In this document: in pieces, positions 1 through 8,524 of the stretch
Position numbering within the stretch: the stretch's first letter is position 1
Layout of the letters: each line of letters opens with the position of its first letter
Assembly (NCBI GenBank): GCA_051294375.1
Contig: JBJCIZ010000195.1
Location: 1-11,986, forward strand
Length of the DNA: 11,986 nucleotides
DNA from: Paraspadella gotoi
Taxonomy: Eukaryota > Animalia > Chaetognatha
Direction: 5' to 3'
The notes under the pieces: model-generated
The model's database searches: none
What the model was told of the DNA's origin: nothing
The model's input: only the letters and a program-made list of their open reading frames with translations
Translations under genes and position numbers: made by a program

Positions 1-48
1 CTCCACTTTCGTTCGACGAACGTCGTTGGAACCCTCTGCTTCACGCTC
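1..48 (-). CDS. Probable exon downstream of the PH domain, running off the window edge
   Basis: CpG-rich open stretch after a long minus-strand pyrimidine tract ending ...gacgaag. Reading frame is ambiguous. Confidence 0.35.
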
Positions 49-169
49 CTTCGTCGACAATTAGAACAAAAAGAGAGGAAGAACCCGTTGAAGAGAGGAG
101 AAATTATGTTATGGAGAGCGACATGTATTATTTGTTAAATAAAAAAAAAAATACGTTACACTAAAAAAC

Positions 170-406
170 CAATGACTCTGAGAGACCTTGAACGAGAGAC
201 GAAAGAGAGGAAATCTCGTAGGCCCATGCTCTTGAGAGTCCTTGAGGTTTGAGGCAGGAGAGGAAAAGCGTATAATGATTCCGTGTATGACGTGACATAA
301 AGAAGAGGCAGGAGGGTCCGAAGTTGTCATTGAGGTAGCGGAGGAAGACGGCGAGGTTGGGGCCGGGTACTGCTTCACACCTTGCCAAGTCCGCTGAAGG
401 GACCAG
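170..406 (-). CDS. Exon encoding the C-terminal half of a PH domain
   Basis: Acceptor ttttctttcctcag (AG 408-407). Translation ...CLFFMSRHTRNHYTLF-(ASNLKDS)-RAWAYEISSL fits the last PH strand plus the Trp-containing terminal helix. Donor position uncertain. Confidence 0.62.
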
Positions 407-1675
407 CTGAGGAAAGAAAAAGAGAGATGGTAAAGAGTTACAGACTAATGAGCACAAAGCAGAGTGGTGATGGACGAGATATGCAATTGTGACCAAACTT
501 AGGCGAAAGTTTAGATTTAAAGTAGTAGTGTCCTAAGCGCTAAATCTGCATTCATCTGCTCTTTCCACCTTTTTCCAAGCGTTCAACCTGCGCCCCCTCT
601 AAACCTCGCAACCACCCGACGCTCGCTGGCGATGTACTCCTGAAATCGTCCGTCCGCTCCATGTTGATGATGTCGTTGGTCAACGAGCTAAGACGTCGCG
701 GGTGAGCCGACGACGGGGACAGGAGCCCGACCGCTTGGATTCGTCAGACGGCCGAGAACGAGGCAAATGGCGGCGACAGTCGGGACTGTAGACGGAGAGG
801 CCAAGAGCAGCTGGGCGAGATCTGGTAGCGAGACGACACGTCGAGGAGACAGCACAGAGGGGATAACTCTGACACGGCGACGTCGGCTGATCACGAGGGT
901 AGAATTCTGGAGAGAATAAGAAAAGGGGAGAAATATAGAGTACACGTAGACAATGATTAATACATAGTTATAAAACTCAAATAAACCTAAGTTGTCTGAT
1001 CTCTCGCTTCTCGTGAGGTTGTTGGGCGTGGGGCAGTTTCGCCGTAGTTAAAAAGCGTCCGCCGTTGTCTGTCGGTCATTCCTCGTGTCTTCGTCGTCGT
1101 CGTCGTCGTGAAAATCGGCGCTCCACCAAAAACCATAGCCGCCTGGTGAAGAAGTACTGCAATTGTTGAATTTGACAATAAGAGAGCACACTGTATGCCT
1201 GCCTAGTGGTCCGCAGCGTTCATGAACTTTTCAAAAACGCGTCACCGTGGGTCATTAGCGCCCGCTCCGTTCAGCACGGCCTGTGCTCTGGACTGCCTGC
1301 TCTTCCTGAAACGCGGGCCACGCGCGCTATTCGACGTCATTTTTTGGCTCAGTGAATGTCATAGATTTTCTTGAGGAGCGTCTGCGTGAGAAAAAATCAA
1401 GCTTCGCAATTAGGTAAGCAAGAATAATATACCATAATATATTTAGAGAATCTTGCGTCACGAATATGTAATAAACAGACCAGAGGAAAAAGTATACGTG
1501 GAAGAAGCAGAAAACAATATATCGCATATAATTAATTCCATATGCATTCTATTGGGAAAAGTACAAAAGTTAACTGCCATGTATCATGAAAGGGACAGAG
1601 AAACATCTCTAATATTTCCGATAGATCCACATTTTGAGTTTGGAACTCATTTTAGGGAGGTTACAGCATAACAAC
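170..1675 (-). CDS. Multi-exon DH (RhoGEF) + PH region of a Dbl-family Rho guanine-nucleotide exchange factor, frameshifted in this sequence
   Basis: Colinear DH/PH-like motifs across GT-AG exons: EFQTQNVDLSEILEMFLCPF (1586-1648), TLLKKIYDIH (from 1381), GDAFLK/FMNAA..RQAYSVLSYC (1175-1246), PCQSYPL..SRYQI (SRYQI 819-833), LTNDIINMERTDDF (642-683), NHYTLF..RAWAYEISSL (Trp 224-226). Joining them requires frameshifts. Recognised by eye against the DH and PH consensus. Confidence 0.68.
446..906 (-). CDS. Exon encoding the DH C-terminus (CR3, helix 6) and the start of the PH domain
   Basis: Acceptor ttattctctccag (AG 908-907). A phase-1 join gives EFYPRDQPTSPCQSYPLCAV, followed across frameshifts by SRYQI, AQLLLASPS, LTNDIINMERTDDF, RLGHYYFKSK and AYLVHHH. 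Confidence 0.6.
987..1381 (-). CDS. Exon encoding the central DH region with an acidic insert
   Basis: Acceptor ttttttctcacgcag (AG 1383-1382), donor GT 986-985. Contains TLLKKIYDIH, GDAFLK-FMNAA, QAYSVLSYCQ and HDDDDDED. Confidence 0.6.
1091..1108. repeat. (TCG)6 microsatellite, likely coding poly-Asp on the minus strand
   Basis: tcg x6 seen directly. The reverse complement reads CAC GAC GAC GAC GAC GAC GAA GAC. Confidence 0.85.
1563..1675 (-). CDS. Exon encoding DH helix 1 (CR1)
   Basis: EFQTQNVDLSEILEMFLCPFHDTW resembles the DH pattern E..QTE..YV.DL..I.E.FL.PL. Boundaries approximate. Confidence 0.55.
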
Positions 1676-1886
1676 CTGGCTCTTGCATTTTTTTGAGTGT
1701 AGAGAATTAATCTATACATAAAGATAAGAAATATAAATTTCTTAATATGAAACTTTCAGAAAAAACGAAGGTTGCGAGTATCGTGAAAAAAAATCATATG
1801 CCAAAACGAACAGAGAGAGAAATCATCGTAGGCTATAAAATGTGAATACAGTACAAAAAGACGAACCAGAAAAAGAACGAGCTCAC

Positions 1887-1980
1887 GTTATGGGAAGAGG
1901 TCATGCGAGTTACCATAATATCGAAGCGTTTTTGCCGAAAGGATGGACGTTTTCCTTTGGTTGTAAAACCAGTGGGTGAC
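1887..1980 (-). CDS. Small exon just upstream of the DH domain
   Basis: Acceptor ccgttaag (AG 1982-1981), strong donor GTGAG (1886). One frame is open (SPTGFTTKGKRPSFRQKRFDIMVTRMTSSHN). Confidence 0.5.
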
Positions 1981-2968
1981 CTTAACGGGGACGGAAGCGG
2001 TGAATTAAGTCGAGAGAAAGTTTGATCTGTGATGGCATAACAACGATTTCTAATTTTAGACGAACGAAAAAAATGAAAAATAGACGAGGGTGAACTCCAG
2101 TAGAGAATCTTATAAAAACGGAGATGACGAAAAACGGAGGAATCTGATGACGGGACCCCGAATCGGAAGTTGAGCGGTGAAGGAGGGGGATGTTAGAATG
2201 GGGAGGAAAGAAAATAAAACGAGAGGGACGAACAATAAAATCTAATATATAACCAGTTAAAAGGATATGAAGCAAAAAGCGAGCAATTATGTAATAAAGA
2301 AGCGAAAGAAAAGCGAAAGAGATAGAAGCATCTCGCTACACGTGACGACAGATTCCCTAAGCGAGAAAAGGCGGCGCGGACAGCGAGAGAAAAAAAACTT
2401 TCCCAGGAAGTAGTAGCCGCCTGTCGACTAAGCGATGATAAATAACTAGGAAAGTCAAGGGAGATGGATTCAAGGGATCAGCAACCGGAGATGAGATGAG
2501 ACTGGAAAAGAGATTAGTCGTTAGACGGAAAAGGCGATTCGATACTGAGAGGGATCAACAGATGCAGTCGTCAGTCATCAGCATGAGAAGTGTGTAAACC
2601 AGAGGAAATCGCATGAAATTTTGATTGGGTCTAATTAAAGAGTAAATCTTTTAAAAATTGATCAAGAATAAGTATGCGAAAAATACTAGAAGGTTTAAAT
2701 AGACAAAAACGCCCAAGTGAAATACAGATATATTAATTCTCATATGTCATTTAATCATCCTTCATGACTTGAACAAAATATACCAAGAAATAAATGGAGA
2801 AATTCCCTGATTCACAAGACAAAAACGATATTAGAGAACAAGAGAGAAAAAAAATAACCGTCAATTACAGAAAGAATAAGTCGGAAATGGACTCTAGGAG
2901 TGAAAAATTTTCTTTTTAAAAAAGTGAATACGTCAAGTCAAACAAACTAAAAGATACGGTTTAATTAC

Positions 2969-3164
2969 GCGACAGGAATAAAGGTAGAGGAGGAAGAAGC
3001 TGGATATTTGAGGGAGAAGATACGCCAACGCCGGAGGCATCGCTCGCGCTGCGAGCCTGAAGAGGAATTCAGGCTGTCAATAACGGAACGGAATCGGTCA
3101 ACGAAGAAGAAAGCGAAGGCGAAGGTGAAAGCAGGTGCTTAACAGATTTAAGCGAAATGGTATA
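2969..3164 (-). CDS. Ser/Pro-rich exon (frameshifted)
   Basis: Branch-like ctaac plus acceptor tttcag (AG 3166-3165), donor GTAATT (2968). Reads YTISLKSVKHLLSPSPSLSSSLTDSVPLL. Confidence 0.5.
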
Positions 3165-3527
3165 CTGAAATTTACGTTAGAATCGAGTCGCTACGAAATT
3201 CGAGAACGAATTTTCTTGCAGCAGATATCGTACTAGCTATATTTATTAATGTTTTAAACCAGATTAGATTGTAGCGAAGCGAAGCAGACTCCGCTTATGA
3301 AGATCACGTACTTATCGAAAGGAGAAAACGCGAACAGATAAATGAAATTGTCAAAGGCTTACCTAATAGTTGTATAACGCTATAAAATTAACTATTAAAA
3401 TTGATATTTGCAATCGATCGTGATCAAGCTTTAATAGAGTATAACGAGCAAGATATTTTTTTTTGCCTCACAAAAGTAGTTAAATTTCCGCCTAGTTCCA
3501 TGTACATCAAAACATCCATGGACGCAC

Positions 3528-3741
3528 GCTCTCGACTCGAGGATCTCCCTCGGAAAAGAAGTCGCTGAAGGGAAGCGAGAAGAATGCCGCATGAAGAGGC
3601 GACTCGGAAAAAGGCCGCGATTCAAGCGGTACAGAGAGGAGGCGCCGATTTCCGCAACGAGGCGCTTGCCGGAGCGGCTAGGCGAAGTCGGTGGAGTCGG
3701 AAAGAGGTTAAAGTTATGAAAGGGAGAAAAAGTACTTGTTG
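3528..3741 (-). CDS. Ser/Pro-rich exon (frameshifted)
   Basis: GC-rich block reading APASASLRKSAPPL/VPLESRPFSESPLHAAFFSLPFSDFFSEGDPRVES, with donor GTGCGT (3527). The 5' boundary is approximate. Confidence 0.45.
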
Positions 3742-3797
3742 CTTTTGAGGTTTTACAAAAAAAAAATTCATAAATTTTCTGGTTCCACCCCAATCAC

Positions 3798-4190
3798 TAA
3801 GGAGATTTCCAGCGGACCTTGCAAGTCTTATCTTAACGGAGAAGACAGCAAACGTCCGCCGTCGACGGTTGACACCGAGCGTGGATAATCTCTGCAGTTC
3901 GTTTTTTACGAGAGTTCCGCGACTCCTCTTACCTCTCTATCCCCGCGCGTCGCAACCCTGGGGATTCGTAGGCTCGAGTGACGACGCGGCGAAAGTTGTG
4001 AGGGGGAGTCGACGGGGTTCGTCGGGGCGCGGCGGAACGGGTTAAGGAAAGCCGTTCGAACGCTTCCCCCGGGAATATCAGGAGAGGCCGGAGGAGGCGA
4101 AGGCTTCGTCGAAGGAGTCGAGCGGAGAAAAGCTCGGAAGGAGATCATGGTTCTTTTGTGCGGGAAAATAGGTAACAGGCGGCCACATAA
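3798..4190 (-). CDS. Pro-rich exon containing PVPPRP (candidate SH3 ligand)
   Basis: Reads STPSTKPSPPPASPDIP, PVPPRP (4024-4041), TNPVDSPSQLSPRRHSSLRIPRV and KNELQRLSTLGVNRRRRTF in shifting frames. Boundaries approximate. Confidence 0.5.
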
Positions 4191-4548
4191 TCGAATCAGA
4201 GTTAAGAAGAAAGAGAGAAGAAGGAGAGAGAGAGAATCTGAGATTCGAGACCACGGCCGATAGTTTTCCTTATTTCTTTTTTTCTCCTATCGATGTATCG
4301 GGAGAGACGCTTCGATTGATTTGTGGCACTGACAATAGCGATGTTTAGCTAAAGCTTGAGAAACGCAAGAACCAGTGTATTCCAGCGGAAAGAAAAGAAA
4401 AAAGGAAAGAAAAAAAAATTCATCCTGCCTGATTTTAGTCTAGCCAAGAGAATTGGACTATTTACTGATTATCTTGTACAGTGGATAACGCGGTGGAGCT
4501 TTTTTTTTTTGTTGAAAAGTGTTAAATGAAAGGCGCAAAGGATAAAAC

Positions 4549-4788
4549 CTATGCCTTCTCGTTATGCCATAACTGGTCCGCAACGATTAAATCAAATCCT
4601 AGTCGTATGATAATGTCAAAAAGCAGATCGAGCAGTCCAGGATGAGTAGAAACGCTTCCCCGAGCCCCTTATAATTCAATATTTATTGTTCACCAACATA
4701 AGGTAGCTGCTGAAGAAAACTAATTTCCTGATTTCACACCATTTCAGCATTCGATAGCCAGAAAACTTTAATACGGGGACCGAAGATA
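4549..4788 (-). CDS. Exon, possible CABIT-like subdomain; four in-frame stops as sequenced
   Basis: AG 4790-4789, GT 4548-4547. A phase-2 join from exon 4921-5027 gives SIFGPRIKVFWLSNAEMV*NQEISFLQQLPYVGEQ*ILNYKGLGEAFLLILDCSICFLTLSYD*DLI*. Confidence 0.45.
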
Positions 4789-4920
4789 CTTGTGGTTTAG
4801 AAATGTCGAGAAACGAGAAACAAAAAACGAACGTACGTGAAAACTGAATAGAAAATAAAACTCTATTTATTCAAAAGATAACAACAATCGAACGGCAACG
4901 AAACAAAGAAAGAAACTCAC

Positions 4921-5027
4921 GAGAAATTTCTTAAAAAATAATTAATGGGAATACCGAGACAATCTTCGATATCACAATTTGGCCCTGAGGTTATATGGTG
5001 AGTAATCTTCTGTATAGCTAACGACAG
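4921..5027 (-). CDS. 107-nt exon
   Basis: Acceptor ttttccag (AG 5029-5028) and consensus donor GTGAGT (4920). Open frame LSLAIQKITHHITSGPNCDIEDCLGIPINYFLRNF. Confidence 0.6.
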
Positions 5028-5289
5028 CTGGAAAATGTGCAAATCAGTTAATGGGAAATAGGAGGAAGGCATAACGCATACTCTAAGAAATGTGGACAAC
5101 GGCACAGACTTTACACAGAAGTGGTGAACACACGAGAGGGACGTAGAGGTAGAGATGATGAAAAATTGTAATGTAAAAAAAAAGAAAGAATAAATTAAAA
5201 AAGAAGAAGGGCTTATAGAAAGGGGGGTACGTTTATAAAAATAAAATTGAATACGGTGAAACAGACGAATGAAAGAAATTAAGTTGGGA

Positions 5290-6759
5290 GAAGTAATTGT
5301 AGCGTTGCAGAAAGGAGATGAAGAGCACATGGACGCCGGATAATATCCCAAGCGGAAAGGACTCCTGAGCAAAGGTATAACCAGTGGACATTCTCCAAAA
5401 AAGGTTGAATCTGTCGCAATTTTACCTGCTGAGAGCGGTTCGCTTTGCGCATAAAATATATCTCTAGGGGCTTCGGAGCGTGGAAAGTTTCGACATCTTC
5501 CGGTAAAAGAGTACGGATGATCGACAGAGACTCTCGGTAATATAGGAATATGGATTCGCTGTAACTACTGCGATAATGCCGCAGAGATTCAACGCAGGTC
5601 TAGCAGAGGAGCAGAAACTCAGCTTGTCAAATGGTAGACCGTTCAAAAAACAACGCTCGATCGCTTCGCTCTCTTAGATTACAATGACGAGTGTATGGAG
5701 GAACGATATTCGACGATGTCTTCCCTCTGGCTCACGCTCATGACGACGGCTTGGTCGCCGCACGGCCGCGAAGACTTATGTGTCGAAGAGGTACGCTCCG
5801 CGCCTAGAACGGCCAACAGAATCGGCGGTGTGTAGAACGAGCGGCCGGAACGAGACAAGTTTTCCGTTTATCCAAAGCATTTGCATCGCAGATCTTTGCT
5901 AATCTCATTTGTAATATATTTCTCGGAGGGCAGCGACACGCTGCTCGAATTTAAACACTGTGCGGACATTGTAGTAAACGGGACTCAGAGCTGCAGTCAA
6001 TTGTGAGAATTAAAGTTCTTATGTCTCCAATGCTAAAATTTTCGCCGGTAAGAAAATCGTCATTTTCGTATTCCAAATCATGCTACCGGAATTATAATAT
6101 GATCCGCCAGTATTGGTCTTGATTGTACACCTTTTGAAATCATCGTTGCTAAACAAACCGCCGGGATCGGACGAATCGAGTTCGGGGACGACGAGGAATC
6201 CTTTGAGTCGGACCGAGTCCCGTTGGTATACGGAGGACGCGCAGAGGCGACGCCTGCGAAGCCCGTATGTATAATACGCGCATATTAACTGAGATTCGAA
6301 AATGTGATGTCACAGACCTTTGACCCTTCCATTCAGTATTGCCATCACAAGGCACTCTCTTTCTTCCACCGTCGCCCCAGCACAACCGGCGGTGGTACCC
6401 GATGACTTCCCACAATTTTCTTATATCGTTTTCATTTGTCAGTGACTCTGACCATTTACGACGGATGGTTAGGGTCTCGTTGCATATCTTTTCAGTTTGC
6501 CATTATGATACTGGACAGACGTTGTTTTAATGCCGTGAAGTGAACGTTTCACTGGCTACAATTCGGGCGCCGATGGGAGTCGGAATTCGCGGGATCGAGT
6601 CTTGGAACCGGTAGGTGATACGTAGTCGAATGTGATGACAGTTGTATCTCGAGACGTTGACACCGACAATTCCTCTTATAAAAAAGTTATTCTCCGTTCT
6701 TAGTGACTTTTGCCGCATTATAAGTGTTCACGGCCTATAATTGTACTATTTTCATTTCG
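5290..6759 (-). CDS. Large exon encoding a globular beta-rich region, CABIT-like (frameshifted)
   Basis: Acceptor tatatag (AG 6761-6760). Segments: EELSVSTSRDTTVITFDYVSPTGSKTRSREFRLP, VEERECLVMAILNG, DSVRLKGFLVVPELD, FSIGDIRTLILTIDCSSESRLLQC..NSSSVSLPSE, GAYLFDT*VFAA/CGDQAVVMSV, ECPLVIPLLRSPFRL. Coding status is more secure than the domain name. The 3' boundary is approximate. Confidence 0.5.
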
Positions 6760-6835
6760 CTATATAGCAAAGCAAACAGGCAAACATCGAAGAATAAACG
6801 ATTTTCAAAAAAAAAAATTAATCGTCAATTTATAC

Positions 6836-7290
6836 ATCTTCCTTCTCGCTGTCGTTCTCCACTTCACGGTCGATTGGCCCCTCGAGTCCATTCGAAGCCG
6901 CTGCGAAACCGATATTTCTGGCTTTTTTTTTTCCCTTTTGATCCTTTGCTTCTGTTGCTTTTTCTCTTCCCTCCGGCGTGACTTAAGCTTTCCCGGAATA
7001 CTCAATCCGTGGGAGAGAATTTAATCAGATATAATGAGACATGGTGAGCCCGATTCTGTGAAAGTAATCCGCTTTGCAATTCATTTTTTGCGTGGCAATT
7101 GTTATTGCGAGTCTCGAAGCTTCGATTTTATGCATTTCAAAATTTTCGCTAATGGTAACATCGTTATCTTTTGATGGAGTCTCTTTCCGCTTTTCCGTCT
7201 TTCTGATTTCGACAGCGTACTGTTCTCGCTGTTTATTTTTCTGCGCATAATTAATTGTTGCTATGTCGAGAGAGAGGCGATAGAGGATCA
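6836..7290 (-). CDS. Lys/Arg/Glu-rich exon (charged linker, NLS-like)
   Basis: Reads QKNKQREQYAVEIRKTEKRKETPSKD, KLKSRRREEKKQQKQRIKREKKK and GLEGPIDREVENDSEKED, then donor GTATAA (6835). Intron 6760-6835 is 76 nt. Confidence 0.55.
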
Positions 7291-7322
7291 CTATGGGAAA
7301 TTGTAAGAATATAAAAGTACAC

Positions 7323-7482
7323 CTTCTATCTGTCGTTTCTTGTGGTCGAGAGAGTAACCCATGCATTGAGGTTAACGGAGATTCTTTTTTTTGTGCGTTG
7401 TTCTATTTGTTATATTTTGTTTGTGCACTGTATCTTTGTGACAAAACGCATGATGAAAGTCGCATTCGAGCTCATGGCAAAG
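7323..7482 (-). CDS. Small His/Cys-containing exon
   Basis: Acceptor tttacctccag (AG 7484-7483). Reads LCHELECDFHHAFCHKDTVHKQNITNRTTHKKK, then with one homopolymer shift ESPLTSMHGLLSRPQETTDR. Confidence 0.45.
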
Positions 7483-8524
7483 CTGGAGGTAAAGTTAATA
7501 TATATATGCTTAGACACACATAAGCTATACAAAGAAGAGCCTTAGGAGTTTGTTATACGAGGCGAATTGTTTTGTACGAAAAACTCAGTCTGGGGGAGCT
7601 ACATATGAGTTTTTATTAATTAAATACTTTTAGCAACGAAGAGAAATCGACTGAACTGAGATATTATGAGTTCAGAAATTTGGGTTAAATAATAGTCAAT
7701 ATTTAATTCGAAATTATTTTATGTGTTTCTTATTGATAACATCGAGCAAAGAATATTGAATAATGAAAAATTACTATCTTTTACACACCGGAGCAGTGAG
7801 AAGAAAGATGAGTAAGTGTATATAATAAATAAAATAAATATCTAATGATTCAAAAGTATTTCCAAGGCTAGATTTCAAATATTGATATAAATTCGCGAGA
7901 CGCGTTCGTAAAAACCGTCACTGCTAACCGACGAAAAGAATTATCTATCAAATGCTAAACTACAATTAAAACAGAATAAAGCGAGATCTCGCACCAAACT
8001 CACGCCAGAGAAAACAATAATATGCTGAACAAGACAAAACATCCCCGCCAAAGAGACGAGAGCAAGCATAACTTGAACGAAAAAGCCGAGGAATTGCAGA
8101 GAAAGACACGATCACGAACACGGAGAGATTATACGGCTCCGATCGCCTCTTGGACACCAAGTGTCACACGCGGATCAGGGGGAAAGCAGATTCGGACCTA
8201 GGACACGACGAGAGAGCGAATGACGAATCGTAGAACGAACATTAGAACCCCACGCCTCGCCCCCGACCCGTGCTCGAAGGATCAACATCTAGCGACGAGC
8301 GAGAGATTCTAAATAAAGGCGTGACCCACCGAAGAAAGCTACCATTGACTCGCATCGTCACGGATCACGACAGAAAAGGTCGCGCAACTGGTCACAGAGG
8401 TCAATGGACGGGTCAGAGACTGCTGGTTGTACGAAATACAAAGGGCTCGAACGCGATCGCTAGAAATAGTATCCTTTTATTCACGGGACTTATTGGTAAG
8501 TCTCACTGGACTTAACCAAACGGC

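Noticed and set aside
409-428. gaggaaagaaaaagagagat resembles part of a SMRTbell adapter
   Set aside because: There is no flanking inverted duplication, and it is well explained as the pyrimidine tract of the acceptor at 408-407.
1327-2275. Phe/Ile/Leu-rich membrane-like ORFs (also 6710-7024 and 11632-11967)
   Set aside because: These are translations of T-rich introns or antisense of Lys-rich coding sequence.
4549-4788. In-frame TGA/TAA/TAG in otherwise plausible frames (also at FDT*VFAA and DAF*LRR), suggesting stop-codon reassignment
   Set aside because: The clean exons (702 nt) contain no in-frame stops, and neighbouring exons have outright frameshifts. Sequencing noise is the simpler explanation.
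5679-5790. Plus-strand exon-like segment (ttag...GAG/gtacg)
   Set aside because: It has no partner exons on the plus strand and overlaps the better-supported minus-strand coding block.
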